Positions 8,942 through 18,843 of a DNA stretch of 52,026 nucleotides are shown here, in pieces. Numbering within the stretch: the stretch's first letter is position 1; each line of letters begins with the position of its first letter. Both the position numbers and the translations under genes were made by a program. Source of the stretch: Candidatus Campbellbacteria bacterium (GTDB lineage: Bacteria > Patescibacteriota > Minisyncoccia > Phycocordibacterales > CSBR16-193); contig SLDR01000016.1 in assembly GCA_007125155.1 (NCBI GenBank), positions 1 to 52,026 of the forward strand. The letters are read 5' to 3'. The notes under the pieces are model-generated. The model was not told the origin of the DNA. It ran no database searches and saw only the letters and a program-made list of their open reading frames with translations.

Positions 8942-9288
8942 TAAAATTCCAAACCTCCTTCACGGGCACCTTCGGCGACCATTTTGACCTGTCCGTGATA
9001 AACAAACCCTCCCCTATCAAAGACAACTTTTTCAACACCTTTCTTTTTAGCCTCTTTGGCCAAATCCAGACCGGCTCTCTTCGCCTGCTCCGACGGAGTT
9101 CCCTTTTTACCGCCGATATAAGAAGCGGACGCAATGGTGATCCCCTTGTCGTCATCTATCAACTGAACCCGTACTCCTTTGTTCGATCTATGAACGGATA
9201 TCCTGGGCCTTTCGGATGTTCCCCGTATCTCTGACCTCACTCTGGCGTGCCTTCTCTTTCGACTTGTTTTTTTATTTACTAACGACAT
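8941..9288 (-). CDS. rplR: 50S ribosomal protein L18
   Basis: GTSERPRISVHRSN; VVFDRGG. Confidence 0.97.
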   Translation of the reverse strand: MSLVNKKTSRKRRHARVRSEIRGTSERPRISVHRSNKGVRVQLIDDDKGITIASASYIGGKKGTPSEQAKRAGLDLAKEAKKKGVEKVVFDRGGFVYHGQVKMVAEGAREGGLEF

Positions 9289-9296
9289 AAAATTTC

Positions 9297-9836
9297 TTAT
9301 GCGGCTCTTTTACCTTGTTTTCTTCTTACGACCTCGTTATCATACCTGATCCCCTTTCCTTTGTAAGGCTCCGGTTTTCGGACACTCCTAACCTCTGCGC
9401 AGAAGCTTCCTACAAGTTCTTTATCGGCCCCTTTTACCATGATGACATTCTTCTCGACCGAAACCTCCAATCCCTCGGGAATATCAATTTCGACCGGATG
9501 AGAATAGCCCACCTTTAATATCAAAGATCTGCCGGAGACCTCCACTTTATATCCGACGCCCTCAACCACCAATTTCTTCTCAAACCTCTCGCTTACACCC
9601 TCAACCATGTTCATTGCATGCGATGCATAAGTGCCCCAAAGAGCTCTGGAGAAAATATTCTTTCCCCGAGGCGTGAAAACCAAGGACTCTTCATCCAACT
9701 CAACATTAACTTCAGAGCGGATCTTTCTGGACAACTCACCATGGGGCCCGGAAACAGCCAATATCCTTTTTTCCGGATCAAAACTGACTTTTACCCCTTG
9801 GGGAATAATAATGGGTTGTTTTCCAATACGAGACAT
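9297..9836 (-). CDS. rplF: 50S ribosomal protein L6
   Basis: MSRIGKQP; RKPEPYKGKGIRY. Confidence 0.98.
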   Translation of the reverse strand: MSRIGKQPIIIPQGVKVSFDPEKRILAVSGPHGELSRKIRSEVNVELDEESLVFTPRGKNIFSRALWGTYASHAMNMVEGVSERFEKKLVVEGVGYKVEVSGRSLILKVGYSHPVEIDIPEGLEVSVEKNVIMVKGADKELVGSFCAEVRSVRKPEPYKGKGIRYDNEVVRRKQGKRAA

Positions 9837-9850
9837 GAATCACTATTTTA

Positions 9851-10273
9851 TTACCATATTTCAAAAAGTATCTCTCCTCCGACCCCTTTCTCCCGGGCAT
9901 CTTTTTCAGAAAGAACTCCTTTCGGAGTTGACAGTACACGCGTACTTCTTTCAGGGCGATCGAACTTTATATCCGCAACCCCTGCATAAATGCGTCTTGA
10001 TGGTTTCGAAACACGGGTAAAGCCACTCATCACCGCCTTACCCCTGCTCTCATCCGCTTCAACCAGGCCATTTTTAGAAAAGTAGCTTATTTCGACTTCT
10101 ATATTCTTCTTCGGATCCTTACCGGTCTTGGTAAAAGAGTCTATGTATCCTTCGGAATGCAGAAGTTCGGTTATGGATTCGGTGATCTTGGTTGCGGGAA
10201 AAGAAACAGTCCTCTTTCCGGCAAGCGATCCGGTATATATTCTGTTCAGCATGTCAGAAATGATGTCATTCAT
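9851..10273 (-). CDS. rpsH: 30S ribosomal protein S8
   Basis: DIISDMLNRI, RVSKPSRRIY, LSTPKG and GGE motifs. Confidence 0.96.
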   Translation of the reverse strand: MNDIISDMLNRIYTGSLAGKRTVSFPATKITESITELLHSEGYIDSFTKTGKDPKKNIEVEISYFSKNGLVEADESRGKAVMSGFTRVSKPSRRIYAGVADIKFDRPERSTRVLSTPKGVLSEKDAREKGVGGEILFEIW

Positions 10274-10279
10274 ATTATT

Positions 10280-10465
10280 TTACCAAGATGATTTTTTTAC
10301 CCCGGGGATCAGCCCTTCATTCGCCATCTCCCTAAAGCAGATCCGACATAGATCAAAATCTTTCATATAACCTTTTTTTCGACCGCATTTGAAGCACCTT
10401 CGCACTATACGCGACTTGTACTTCGGTTTTTTTAAAGATTTGGCTATTATTGCTTTTCTTGCCAT
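10280..10465 (-). CDS. rpsN: 30S ribosomal protein S14, zinc-binding type Z
   Basis: CFKCGR...CRICFRE...PGVKKSSW. Confidence 0.97.
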   Translation of the reverse strand: MARKAIIAKSLKKPKYKSRIVRRCFKCGRKKGYMKDFDLCRICFREMANEGLIPGVKKSSW

Positions 10466-10586
10466 GTTAATTTCAATTGATATTTTTCAAAAAATCCATC
10501 AATAACCCTTTTGAATGCTTTTATCGAACACCTTAAAAAAAGGCGGCACGCCGGGTAGCGCGCAAGCCACAAAAAGCGTACAAAAT

Positions 10587-10615
10587 ATCCTATCAAGATG
10601 AATGGTTATTGTCAA
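10587..10615 (-). promoter_or_regulatory. Internal promoter upstream of rpsN
   Basis: TTGACA-17 nt-TAGGAT with extended TG. Confidence 0.65.
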
Positions 10616-10694
10616 ACCGTGGTAAAAGGACATTTAAATAAAAATCATCTAATCAGAGCGGTTTTTCAGGGATCAACAAAACGAACCGGATATT

Positions 10695-11249
10695 TTATTT
10701 AACCTTTGCCTCCCTCTCTTTGAAAGGCACCCCGAGATGTTCAAGAAATGCTTCCGCCTCTCCTCGATCGGAAGAGGTGGTTACTATTGTCACTGACATA
10801 CCGAAGACGTTTTTTATCTCTTCATCCGGCGTTTCGGGAAAGATCGTGTGCTCCGGTATCCCTATGGTCATATTCCCCATCTCATCGATCGAATCTCTTG
10901 AGATCCCCTTAAAGTCTTTCATTCTCGGAAGTGCGATGTGAAAAAGCTTCTCAAGGAAATCATACATCATTCGCCCTCTTAAGGTGACCTTGTAGCCGAT
11001 TATGTCTCCTTCACGAATTTTGAAAGAAGCGATAGATTTGGAGGCACCGCAATGAGCGACCTTTTGTCCGGTAATAAGGGCCAAACGGTCCTCGATGAGT
11101 TGACGATGGTCTTTACTTTGAATCGATCCCACTCCCGTATTTACGGTCACTTTCGAGATCCTGGGTGCCTCTAAATCATTCGAATAGCCGAATTTTTCTT
11201 TCAAGGCAGAAGGCGCCGATACTTCTTTTTCTTTTACCTGTTTACTCAT
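10695..11249 (-). CDS. rplE: 50S ribosomal protein L5
   Basis: ITGQK, FKIREG, VTLRG and LPRMKDFKG motifs. Confidence 0.97.
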   Translation of the reverse strand: MSKQVKEKEVSAPSALKEKFGYSNDLEAPRISKVTVNTGVGSIQSKDHRQLIEDRLALITGQKVAHCGASKSIASFKIREGDIIGYKVTLRGRMMYDFLEKLFHIALPRMKDFKGISRDSIDEMGNMTIGIPEHTIFPETPDEEIKNVFGMSVTIVTTSSDRGEAEAFLEHLGVPFKEREAKVK

Positions 11250-11551
11250 ATTTCCTTACCACTTTTTTTACTTATTCGCACAAAACCTTTTTCGGTTTTT
11301 TTCTTACCCACTCTCGAGGCGACCTTAAGATCGGGATCGATAATGGCGACGTTGGAGATGTCTATCGGGTAGGATCTTTCCAAGATCTGGCTCTGTTCTT
11401 TTTTGCTTCTTCGCCTGAGGTGAACTTTCTTTATATTCACACCGGGAATAACAACCTTTCCTTCTTTCGGAAGAGATCTCGAAACCTTACCTTTTTTCCC
11501 TTTATCTTTTCCGGCAATAACGATGACCGGATCTCCTTTCTTTATTTTCAT
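11246..11551 (-). CDS. rplX: 50S ribosomal protein L24
   Basis: IKKGDPVIVIAGKDKGKKG (KOW motif). Confidence 0.97.
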   Translation of the reverse strand: MKIKKGDPVIVIAGKDKGKKGKVSRSLPKEGKVVIPGVNIKKVHLRRRSKKEQSQILERSYPIDISNVAIIDPDLKVASRVGKKKTEKGFVRISKKSGKEI

Positions 11552-11674
11552 AAAATCTCCAATAATGACCTATACAAACTACATCAAAAGATATAATATT
11601 GCAACTCTTTTTATTGATAAATGCTCAGTTTAGAGGTTGCACCGGATACCGACCGGCGAACTCACTCAAGTCTG

Positions 11675-12046
11675 TTATATCACCTCCGGCGCCAAAGAGG
11701 CGATCCGATTAAAACCCTTCTCGGAAAGCTCTCTCGGAACGGGCCCGAATATACGGCCTCCTAGGGGATCTTTGTTATTCTTGTTAATGACCACAACCGC
11801 ATTTTCATCAAAACGTATGTAAAATCCGCCCTTGCGGCGATAAGAGGCTTTTTGTCTTACCACAACCCCATACAAAACGTTTTTCTTTTTAACTTGCTTC
11901 CTGGGCTCCGCCTTTTGAACCGAAAAGACAACAACATCACCTATGCGCGCATATCTTCGACGGGAACCGCCAAGCACTTTGAAGACCCGGCCTATCTTTG
12001 CACCGGTGTTATCAGCGACGTTAACTATGGTTTGGGGCTGTATCAT
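11675..12046 (-). CDS. rplN: 50S ribosomal protein L14
   Basis: [20 protein letters not shown] and SLAPEV motifs. Confidence 0.98.
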   Translation of the reverse strand: MIQPQTIVNVADNTGAKIGRVFKVLGGSRRRYARIGDVVVFSVQKAEPRKQVKKKNVLYGVVVRQKASYRRKGGFYIRFDENAVVVINKNNKDPLGGRIFGPVPRELSEKGFNRIASLAPEVI

Positions 12047-12057
12047 AATAAATTCTT

Positions 12058-12306
12058 TTATCTCTTTACTTTGAAGTGCTTATCTTTTGATATCGGACGA
12101 GTTTCCTCTATGGTGACCTCTTCTCCCAAGGAGGTCAGATTGCCGGGATCGTGAGCTTTGATGCGTTTTTGGATCTTGATGAACTTACCATAGCGCTGAT
12201 GTCTGAAGAACCTAGAAACGGCCACAACTATAGTATCTTTCATCCCCACAGAAACAACCCTTCCGCTAAATATCTTTTTCTTTTTCTCTGTTTCAGTATT
12301 TTTCAT
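12058..12306 (-). CDS. rpsQ: 30S ribosomal protein S17
   Basis: GRVVS, KAHD and ETRPISK motifs. Confidence 0.96.
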   Translation of the reverse strand: MKNTETEKKKKIFSGRVVSVGMKDTIVVAVSRFFRHQRYGKFIKIQKRIKAHDPGNLTSLGEEVTIEETRPISKDKHFKVKR

Positions 12307-12321
12307 AAATATATATAAAAA

Positions 12322-12510
12322 TTATCGGACCCTTTCTCTCATTTCCGTAAGTATTCTGGCAATATCACGTCGGAGCTTCATTTTCACATACGCGTCCTTG
12401 CTTTTACTTCCGGCCGTATCAAACCGAGCATCACGCAATTCCTTCCGCTTTTCATTCAAAAGTTCTACCAATTCAGTGTCTTTTTTTTCTTTTATTTCTG
12501 AAGATTTCAT
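12322..12510 (-). CDS. rpmC: 50S ribosomal protein L29
   Basis: LRRDIARILT; lies between rplP and rpsQ. Confidence 0.93.
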   Translation of the reverse strand: MKSSEIKEKKDTELVELLNEKRKELRDARFDTAGSKSKDAYVKMKLRRDIARILTEMRERVR

Positions 12511-12527
12511 ATTTTTTCAGATACGAG

Positions 12528-12556
12528 ATTCTATCCCATTAAACAATTTCTTGCAA
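12528..12556 (-). promoter_or_regulatory. Possible internal promoter upstream of rpmC
   Basis: TTGCAA-17 nt-TAGAAT in the 50 bp gap. Confidence 0.5.
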
Positions 12557-12560
12557 GCGA

Positions 12561-12980
12561 TCAAATTCTTTTTACCACTTTCGTCTTTACTGACAGTTTG
12601 GTTCCGGCCTTTCTTAAAACTTCATTTGCAAGGGCATCGGATATACCATCCACCTCAAAAAGCACCCTGCCGGGATCTACTTCCACACAAAAACCCTGCG
12701 GATCTCCCTTCCCTTTTCCCATCTTTACCTCGGCCGGCTTTGCGGTATAAGGCCTGTCGGGAAAAACTCTTATCCATATCTTGCCGGTCTTACCCGTAGC
12801 TCGTGTCGCCGCCCTTCTGGCCGCCTCTATCTGATTTGATGTTATTCTGCCGGCGGTTACGGCCTTCAGTGCATGAGAACCGAAGGATATCTTTACCCCT
12901 CGCGTTGCAGGTGTGGCCTTTCTTACATCCCTTCTTTTTGTGTGCCACTTTCTGAATTTTACCTTCTTTGGAAAAAGCAT
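12561..12980 (-). CDS. rplP: 50S ribosomal protein L16
   Basis: QIEAARR, WIRVFPD and MGKGKG motifs. Confidence 0.98.
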   Translation of the reverse strand: MLFPKKVKFRKWHTKRRDVRKATPATRGVKISFGSHALKAVTAGRITSNQIEAARRAATRATGKTGKIWIRVFPDRPYTAKPAEVKMGKGKGDPQGFCVEVDPGRVLFEVDGISDALANEVLRKAGTKLSVKTKVVKRI

Positions 12981-13018
12981 AAATATTCATTCATTAAAAA
13001 ATCATAAACGCACTTCAG

Positions 13019-13708
13019 CTACATCTTTCTGGACAGCGATCCGGGATTGATCTGATTTTCAAAAACCTCCCCTTTATATATCCAAACCTGGATCCCTATG
13101 GTACCGTAAGGCAAACGGGCCTCGAACCTGGCAAAATCTATGTCGGCCCTGAAGGTTTGAAGTGGTATCCTGCCTTGCTTCATCTTCTCTTTTCGCGCCA
13201 TATCGGCCCCACCCAGTCGACCGGAAACCAAGATCTTCACCCCCTTCACATCTCGGTTGGCCATCACTTTCTCCATGGTCTGTTTTACAGCTCTCCTGAA
13301 AGGAAGTCTTCTCTCAAGCCCCTCGGCTATCATTTGAGCAACAACGGAAGCATTTGATTCCGGAGACTTTATTTCCTGAATATCTATCTTCAGATCCTCA
13401 TTATCTATGAGTTTCTTTTTCTTCAAAAGAGAAAGTAGCTCCTTTTTCAGTTTCGTAGAACCTTCACCTTTTCTCCCAATGACCATTCCCGGTCTCGATG
13501 TTTCGATAATAACTTTTATTGCCTTTTCTTCTCGCTCTATGTCTACATTGCCGACAAAATAACCTCTCAGTCTTTTCTCCAGGAACTCTCTGATCACTAT
13601 GTCTCCTCTCAATGAATTAATGTAGGCACCCTTGGTTCCAAACCAACGAGACCTCCAGTTACGGATTATTCCAAGCCTATGTGAAAATGGGTGAACTACG
13701 TGTGACAT
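13019..13708 (-). CDS. rpsC: 30S ribosomal protein S3
   Basis: RPGMVIGRKG, SGRLGGA and GIQVWIYKG motifs. Confidence 0.98.
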   Translation of the reverse strand: MSHVVHPFSHRLGIIRNWRSRWFGTKGAYINSLRGDIVIREFLEKRLRGYFVGNVDIEREEKAIKVIIETSRPGMVIGRKGEGSTKLKKELLSLLKKKKLIDNEDLKIDIQEIKSPESNASVVAQMIAEGLERRLPFRRAVKQTMEKVMANRDVKGVKILVSGRLGGADMARKEKMKQGRIPLQTFRADIDFARFEARLPYGTIGIQVWIYKGEVFENQINPGSLSRKM

Positions 13709-13724
13709 AAAATTATATTAATAT

Positions 13725-14204
13725 CTAAGATCTTACGGCCTTCTTTTTTTCCGGAGCTTTTTCCTTTTTTTCTCTTTTTTCGCCCTTCTCCTTAGAAGCA
13801 GAACTTGTTTTAACCTCGGAAGATCTTGTTTTTGCTTTCTTTTCGACGTTTTCTTCTTCGTTGGCTCTTTCTTCTTTACCCGGAGCCAAAACGACCGTTA
13901 TGTGACTGGTTCTTTTTCTTATAACAAAGGCTCTGCCATGAGCTCTGGGCCTCATCCGAAACATGGTGGGACCTTCATCAACCGAAAGTTTCGTTATCCT
14001 AAGACTTTCCATATCCATGTTCTTTTCACGAGCATTGGCTTCGGCCGATCTTAAAAGCTTCAAAAGTACGGGAGCAACCCTCTTGGGAGCCGAATCAAGT
14101 TTTGATTTCGCTCTTTCGATCGAATGTCCGGTCAAACCTCCGGCCAAAAGCCTGACTTTTCTTGGAGACTGTCTATACATTTTTAACGTCGCTTTCGCTT
14201 CCAT
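13725..14204 (-). CDS. rplV: 50S ribosomal protein L22
   Basis: QSPRKVR, RPRAHGRA and KRTSHI; charged C-terminal tail. Confidence 0.97.
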   Translation of the reverse strand: MEAKATLKMYRQSPRKVRLLAGGLTGHSIERAKSKLDSAPKRVAPVLLKLLRSAEANAREKNMDMESLRITKLSVDEGPTMFRMRPRAHGRAFVIRKRTSHITVVLAPGKEERANEEENVEKKAKTRSSEVKTSSASKEKGEKREKKEKAPEKKKAVRS

Positions 14205-14210
14205 ATAAAA

Positions 14211-14546
14211 CTATTTACTCCCACCCGCCTTGGCCGCTTTTGCGGCAGCTATCTCGGCCGCCTTCTGCTTCTGCTCCAACTCTTTCTGCATCTTACCTCC
14301 GTGCCTGATGAACTTGCGCGTGGGAGAGAACTCACCCAACCGATGACCGACCTTATCCTCGGTTATCAAGACCTCTATATGCTCCCTGCCGTTATGTACA
14401 CCAAAGGTAAACCCTATCATCTCGGGAGATATCTGGCTCGCTCTCGCCCAGGTCTTAATAACCCCGGTTTCTTTAGGAGTTTTACCTTTTATTTTTCGTA
14501 TTATCCTTTCGTCAACAAAAGGTCCTTTTTTAAGCGATCTGGCCAT
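14211..14546 (-). CDS. rpsS: 30S ribosomal protein S19
   Basis: [13 protein letters not shown] and [11 protein letters not shown]; start placed at ATG 14546. Confidence 0.97.
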   Translation of the reverse strand: MARSLKKGPFVDERIIRKIKGKTPKETGVIKTWARASQISPEMIGFTFGVHNGREHIEVLITEDKVGHRLGEFSPTRKFIRHGGKMQKELEQKQKAAEIAAAKAAKAGGSK

Positions 14547-14671
14547 GACAATAAAACTTGAAACTTTCAAACGTTCTTCGTGGTCTCACTGAAGAAATCC
14601 ATCGAATATGCATCGAGAGTCTCGATAATTCTACACCTTTCAATACCGCACTTGAACATGCGTGATTAGGT

Positions 14672-14700
14672 ATATTAAACAAAAGACCGATAAATGTCAA
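14672..14700 (-). promoter_or_regulatory. Promoter restarting the S10 operon at rpsS
   Basis: TTGACA-17 nt-TAATAT. Confidence 0.7.
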
Positions 14701-14871
14701 TAAAAGATAACAAAAACAAGGACTGAAGTTGTCAAGGTATGCACAGCAAATTTTATTATTCTCTGATATAATTAGAACATTGAATATCCTTCTCGGCTCA
14801 AAGAGATCAAGGTTGAACCTTAAGTTCAACCACCGCAGTTTAGAACTTGATAAACATCAAAATAATATTTT

Positions 14872-16038
14872 ATGAGGTCACCGGAAAACATCCCATCATT
14901 TGAAACAAGCCCGGAAATAATGGAGCTCCCGGAGGTTGAGGTCAAAGAAGAAAGAGGCCCTCTGCTCCTCTCCCTTCTTTTAAAGGGATACGACTCTGAA
15001 TGGAGAGAGGCCGGACCGAATAGGAGATGCTCAAAGAATGAAATAGAAGAAAAAACTTACAAATTCTTCAAAAAAGAACCTCTTGATAATGGATCAAAGA
15101 AGTTTTTGGAAGGCATAGGTGCGCTTGAAGAGGGCGGTGTGGATGATGAGACTCTTTACAAAATAGCCCTCACATATGGTCGACCCGAAAGGGTCGACCA
15201 TATTTTCGATCTTATCGAAAAACACAAAAAACACATAAAAGAACCTCTCAAAATTAGAGATGGCCTCGTTGAAGAACTGGAAAAGATGGAAAGTTCCCTT
15301 CCCGAAGATCTAAAAAAAGCATTGGAAGAGGAGACCCTGAAAGATATTGAATTGCGTAAAGAAAACATTAAAACTACAAAAGAACGCTTCAATGACATAT
15401 TGGAATTTTTCAAACCTCATGCGAAAACAACGAATGTTGAAAGGGTCTCGATAATGCCGACCGACCCACTACAACCTGAGGATTCCTTCAGTTCTTTCAG
15501 ATTCGGCAACGAAACGGTATTGCATTCCCACATTGAGAACCCGAAAGGCCTGGAGCACGAATTCTTACACCCGATCATAAACCCTATCGTTAAGAAACTC
15601 GAGAACAAGCTAACTGAAGAGCAAAAGAAAAATGTAGTGGAAATGGGAAGCCACAACCTTCGCGTCGAGCAAGGATACGGGGATTATCATTTCGTTCTTT
15701 TAAGTGAAGAGTTAATAAGAACTTATAACGATCTATTGCAAAAAGTTGAAACTCCCGTGATGTACGAGGACTTTCAAAAAAAATTGAAAGACATTGACGA
15801 AACAGATTTTAAAGATCTAATGAAGGAACAAAACTTCATAGATCGTTGCAAGGAGCTTAACATTTTGACGCTTGACGACCTTAAAAGAAAAAGTTCGGAG
15901 TATTATGAAAGATTCGAAAAAAACGAACTCAGGGAAGTGATCTTTCTTTTTTATCAAAAATACATTCACAATAAAGAAGAATCGGAAGAGAGCACCTTCG
16001 AGCGGTTCTTCCTCGAGAACTTCGATAAAGAGATCTGA
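14872..16038 (+). CDS. HExxH zincin-like protein (DUF4932-like)
   Basis: EHEFLHPIINP plus downstream SEELIRT; long ORF with extended -10 (TGaTATAAT) near 14765. Confidence 0.55.
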   Translation: MRSPENIPSFETSPEIMELPEVEVKEERGPLLLSLLLKGYDSEWREAGPNRRCSKNEIEEKTYKFFKKEPLDNGSKKFLEGIGALEEGGVDDETLYKIALTYGRPERVDHIFDLIEKHKKHIKEPLKIRDGLVEELEKMESSLPEDLKKALEEETLKDIELRKENIKTTKERFNDILEFFKPHAKTTNVERVSIMPTDPLQPEDSFSSFRFGNETVLHSHIENPKGLEHEFLHPIINPIVKKLENKLTEEQKKNVVEMGSHNLRVEQGYGDYHFVLLSEELIRTYNDLLQKVETPVMYEDFQKKLKDIDETDFKDLMKEQNFIDRCKELNILTLDDLKRKSSEYYERFEKNELREVIFLFYQKYIHNKEESEESTFERFFLENFDKEI

Positions 16039-16059
16039 AAAATAGAAAATAAGTAAACA

Positions 16060-16086
16060 AAAAACCCCCTTAAAAAGGGGGTTTTT
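16060..16086. terminator. Bidirectional terminator between the HExxH gene and rplB
   Basis: AAAAACCCCCTT-AA-AAAGGGGGTTTTT. Confidence 0.8.
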
Positions 16087-16115
16087 GATGATCTTTTTTT
16101 AAAACAAGACCTTTC

Positions 16116-16958
16116 TTATCTTCTCTTTCCGACCTTTCGTCTCTTTATTATCATTCTGTTGGAATACTTCTTGGGTTTTCTTGTCTTTTGACCCTTTCCG
16201 GCGGGTTTGCCCCATTTTGTTTTGGCGCGCCTGAGTCCTCTACCGGCTCGTCCTTCTCCTCCTCCATAGGGATGATCGACGGGATTCATTGCGGAGCCTC
16301 TAACCGTCGGTCTTCTGTTCATATGACGACTTCTGCCGGCCTTTCCTATAACAACCCGTCCGTGCTCATGATTGGAAACTTCGCCTACGGTGGCCCAAGA
16401 AGTATCCTTTATCTTCCTTATTTCGGTTGAAGGCATCTTTAGATCGACATATCCGGCATCTCTTGCTATGACCTCGGCGGCGGAGCCTGCCGATCGAACC
16501 AATTTGGCACCACCTCCCGGCTGGATCTCTATGTTGAAAACAAATGTTCCCACGGGAATGGCCGACAGCGGTAAGCGATTTCCGGGCTTTACAGAGGCCT
16601 TTTCAGACACAGATAAAGTACTGCCGACGGAAACCTTCCTCGGAAGAAGCATGTACCTCCTTTCCCCGTCCTTGTAAGCCACCAATCCTATGAAACCTGA
16701 TCTATTAGGGTCATATTCGATCGTTTTCACTTCGAAGGGAATGTCTTTTTTATCCATTTTAAAGTCTATTTCCCGAAAACGGCGTTTATGTCCTCCTCCT
16801 CTGTGACGAGAAGTTATTCTTCCGAATGAATTACGACCCTTGGCTGATTTTCTTCCAAAGGTGAGGCTTTTTAAAGGTTTTGTAGCCGTTAATTCGGAAG
16901 AATAGGATATTCCCGTCATGCCTCTTCTTCCCGGTGTTGTCGGTTTGAATTTCTTCAT
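16116..16958 (-). CDS. rplB: 50S ribosomal protein L2
   Basis: EYDPNRS; VRGSAMNPVDHPYGGGEG. Confidence 0.99.
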   Translation of the reverse strand: MKKFKPTTPGRRGMTGISYSSELTATKPLKSLTFGRKSAKGRNSFGRITSRHRGGGHKRRFREIDFKMDKKDIPFEVKTIEYDPNRSGFIGLVAYKDGERRYMLLPRKVSVGSTLSVSEKASVKPGNRLPLSAIPVGTFVFNIEIQPGGGAKLVRSAGSAAEVIARDAGYVDLKMPSTEIRKIKDTSWATVGEVSNHEHGRVVIGKAGRSRHMNRRPTVRGSAMNPVDHPYGGGEGRAGRGLRRAKTKWGKPAGKGQKTRKPKKYSNRMIIKRRKVGKRR

Positions 16959-16959
16959 A

Positions 16960-17349
16960 TTATATTAAAGATATACTATCGTCCTTCCTTAGGTAAACAT
17001 ACGCTTTTTTACCGAAAGACCTTACTCCCTTGCGCCCCTTACGCCTTTTAATTTCCTTGGTCGGTATAGGGGCCGTCCTTATCTTACGAGGCCGAACATT
17101 GTATATGGAACGCATGGCAAAATCTATATCACGTTTGGTTATAGACTTATCAACTTCAAATACATAAACATTGTACTGGTTTTGAAGTGTGGCCTTTTCC
17201 GTTATTCTTGGAGCCCTAAGAACTGCATCCGTATTAAAACGCTTTAGAGCTCTTTTAATGAGGCCACGACCGCCAACACCCGCATTGTCAAGCTCTTTCT
17301 TGGGATCTTTTTTTTCTTTTTCCTTTTTCTTTGATTCGAATATCGACAT
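16960..17349 (-). CDS. rplW: 50S ribosomal protein L23
   Basis: PRITEKA, YVFEV and KKAYVYL; N-terminal extension. Confidence 0.93.
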   Translation of the reverse strand: MSIFESKKKEKEKKDPKKELDNAGVGGRGLIKRALKRFNTDAVLRAPRITEKATLQNQYNVYVFEVDKSITKRDIDFAMRSIYNVRPRKIRTAPIPTKEIKRRKGRKGVRSFGKKAYVYLRKDDSISLI

Positions 17350-17353
17350 GTTC

Positions 17354-18025
17354 TTACTTTAATCTGCTCTCTAGAGCAACAAGAGATCTCTCCGGATCTT
17401 CTATTATCAAATATTTTTTCGAGAGTAAAGACATCGGACTTAACGCGCGCGTCTCTTTTATCTCAATATTTCCAAAATTGCGAAAGCTTTTTTTAACATT
17501 AGTCCCACGCTGTGCGTCCTCACTTAAAGACAATATGGCCGCGTTCCTTCTTTTGGTTCTTAGATCTTCAAATCCCTTTATGGAACTCAGGGATTCCAGT
17601 ACCTTTTTTGCTTCTTTTGTTTTCGGCTCATTGAAGGAGAATCCGTTCACGAAAAGAATTTCTTTATCTCTGTATTTCTGAGACAGAACGCTCATAAGAG
17701 CCTTGGCTCTCATCTTTTTATTTATTTTCTTTTTATACACCTTCTCTTCGGTCGGCCCATGAGTAACTCCCCCACCTTTCCATATCGGCGACCTTCGCGA
17801 GCCGTGTCTTGCACGACCGGTCCCCTTCTGTCTCCAAGGCTTTCGACCTCCTCCCCTCACTTCACTTCTGTCTTTGACCGAAGCGGTCCCTCTCCGAGCG
17901 TTTGATTCCATCGAGACCACCACCTGATGAACCAGATCGGAATTCCATTTTTGTCCGAAAATTTCCTCCGACAGATCTATAACGCCGACCTTGTTTCCTT
18001 CCTGATTGTAAATATCCGCTTTCAT
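17354..18025 (-). CDS. rplD: 50S ribosomal protein L4
   Basis: RGGGRKPWRQKGTGRARHGS. Confidence 0.98.
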   Translation of the reverse strand: MKADIYNQEGNKVGVIDLSEEIFGQKWNSDLVHQVVVSMESNARRGTASVKDRSEVRGGGRKPWRQKGTGRARHGSRRSPIWKGGGVTHGPTEEKVYKKKINKKMRAKALMSVLSQKYRDKEILFVNGFSFNEPKTKEAKKVLESLSSIKGFEDLRTKRRNAAILSLSEDAQRGTNVKKSFRNFGNIEIKETRALSPMSLLSKKYLIIEDPERSLVALESRLK

Positions 18026-18027
18026 GA

Positions 18028-18642
18028 TCAACTTTTGGTTTTAATCTCAACTATTGTACCCGGGCATCCCGGTACGGCACCCTTAACAAGAAGACATCCT
18101 TCTTCAGGTAAAACGTCAACTACGGTAACATTCTTCACGGTGGTTCGATTACCACCCATTCGACCGGCCATTTTTGTCCCCTTAAAGACCCTCTGAGGTC
18201 CTGTGGACCCTATAGATCCGGGCTCCCTTTCCGAATGTTTCTGCCCGTGAGAACGGGGCCCTCCCGCAAAGTTATGGCGCTTAACTACTCCCTGAAAACC
18301 CTTTCCTTTAGATACGGACGAAATGATCAGGTTGTCTCCGGGGGAAAACTGTTTAACGTCGAGCACGTCTCCTTCCGCGGGCATATCTCCTTTATCCAAC
18401 CTGAATTCTTTGATCACGCGAAAGGTTCCATATTTTTTGGTATGACCCCTTTCGGGTTTGGATACATTCTTCTCTTTTCGCTCTCCGGCTCCCAACTGAA
18501 ATGCCCTGTAACCGTCTCTATCGGTATCACGAACGAATACGACCGTTGAAGGATAGGTCTTGATCGAAGTTACGGGTACTACTGAGCCGTCCTCGAGGAA
18601 GACCTGAGACATATTCTTTTTTTCTCCCAAAATAAACTTCAT
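18028..18642 (-). CDS. rplC: 50S ribosomal protein L3
   Basis: KGKGFQGVVKRH, PGSIG and KGAVPG motifs. Confidence 0.98.
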   Translation of the reverse strand: MKFILGEKKNMSQVFLEDGSVVPVTSIKTYPSTVVFVRDTDRDGYRAFQLGAGERKEKNVSKPERGHTKKYGTFRVIKEFRLDKGDMPAEGDVLDVKQFSPGDNLIISSVSKGKGFQGVVKRHNFAGGPRSHGQKHSEREPGSIGSTGPQRVFKGTKMAGRMGGNRTTVKNVTVVDVLPEEGCLLVKGAVPGCPGTIVEIKTKS

Positions 18643-18707
18643 GAATTATGACTTCCATGTTTCCGGGTCAAAAGACCCGAGAAACAAATACTTAATTAAC
18701 GCGTAAG

Positions 18708-18736
18708 AGCTTACCAGTTTATGGGCCCGCAGTCAA
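18708..18736 (-). promoter_or_regulatory. Internal promoter upstream of rplC, with a leader hairpin at 18658-18686
   Basis: TTGACT-17 nt-TAAGCT with extended TG; TGTTTCTCGGGTC-TTTT-GACCCGGAAACA hairpin downstream. Confidence 0.6.
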
Positions 18737-18843
18737 TAGAAACCGCCCTAAGAGGTCGACTCGCTCCCGATCGGCGTAACCTATCGAAAGGACCGAAACC
18801 GAAAAACGATCATAGGCTCTACAGATGATCGCTTCGGATATGA

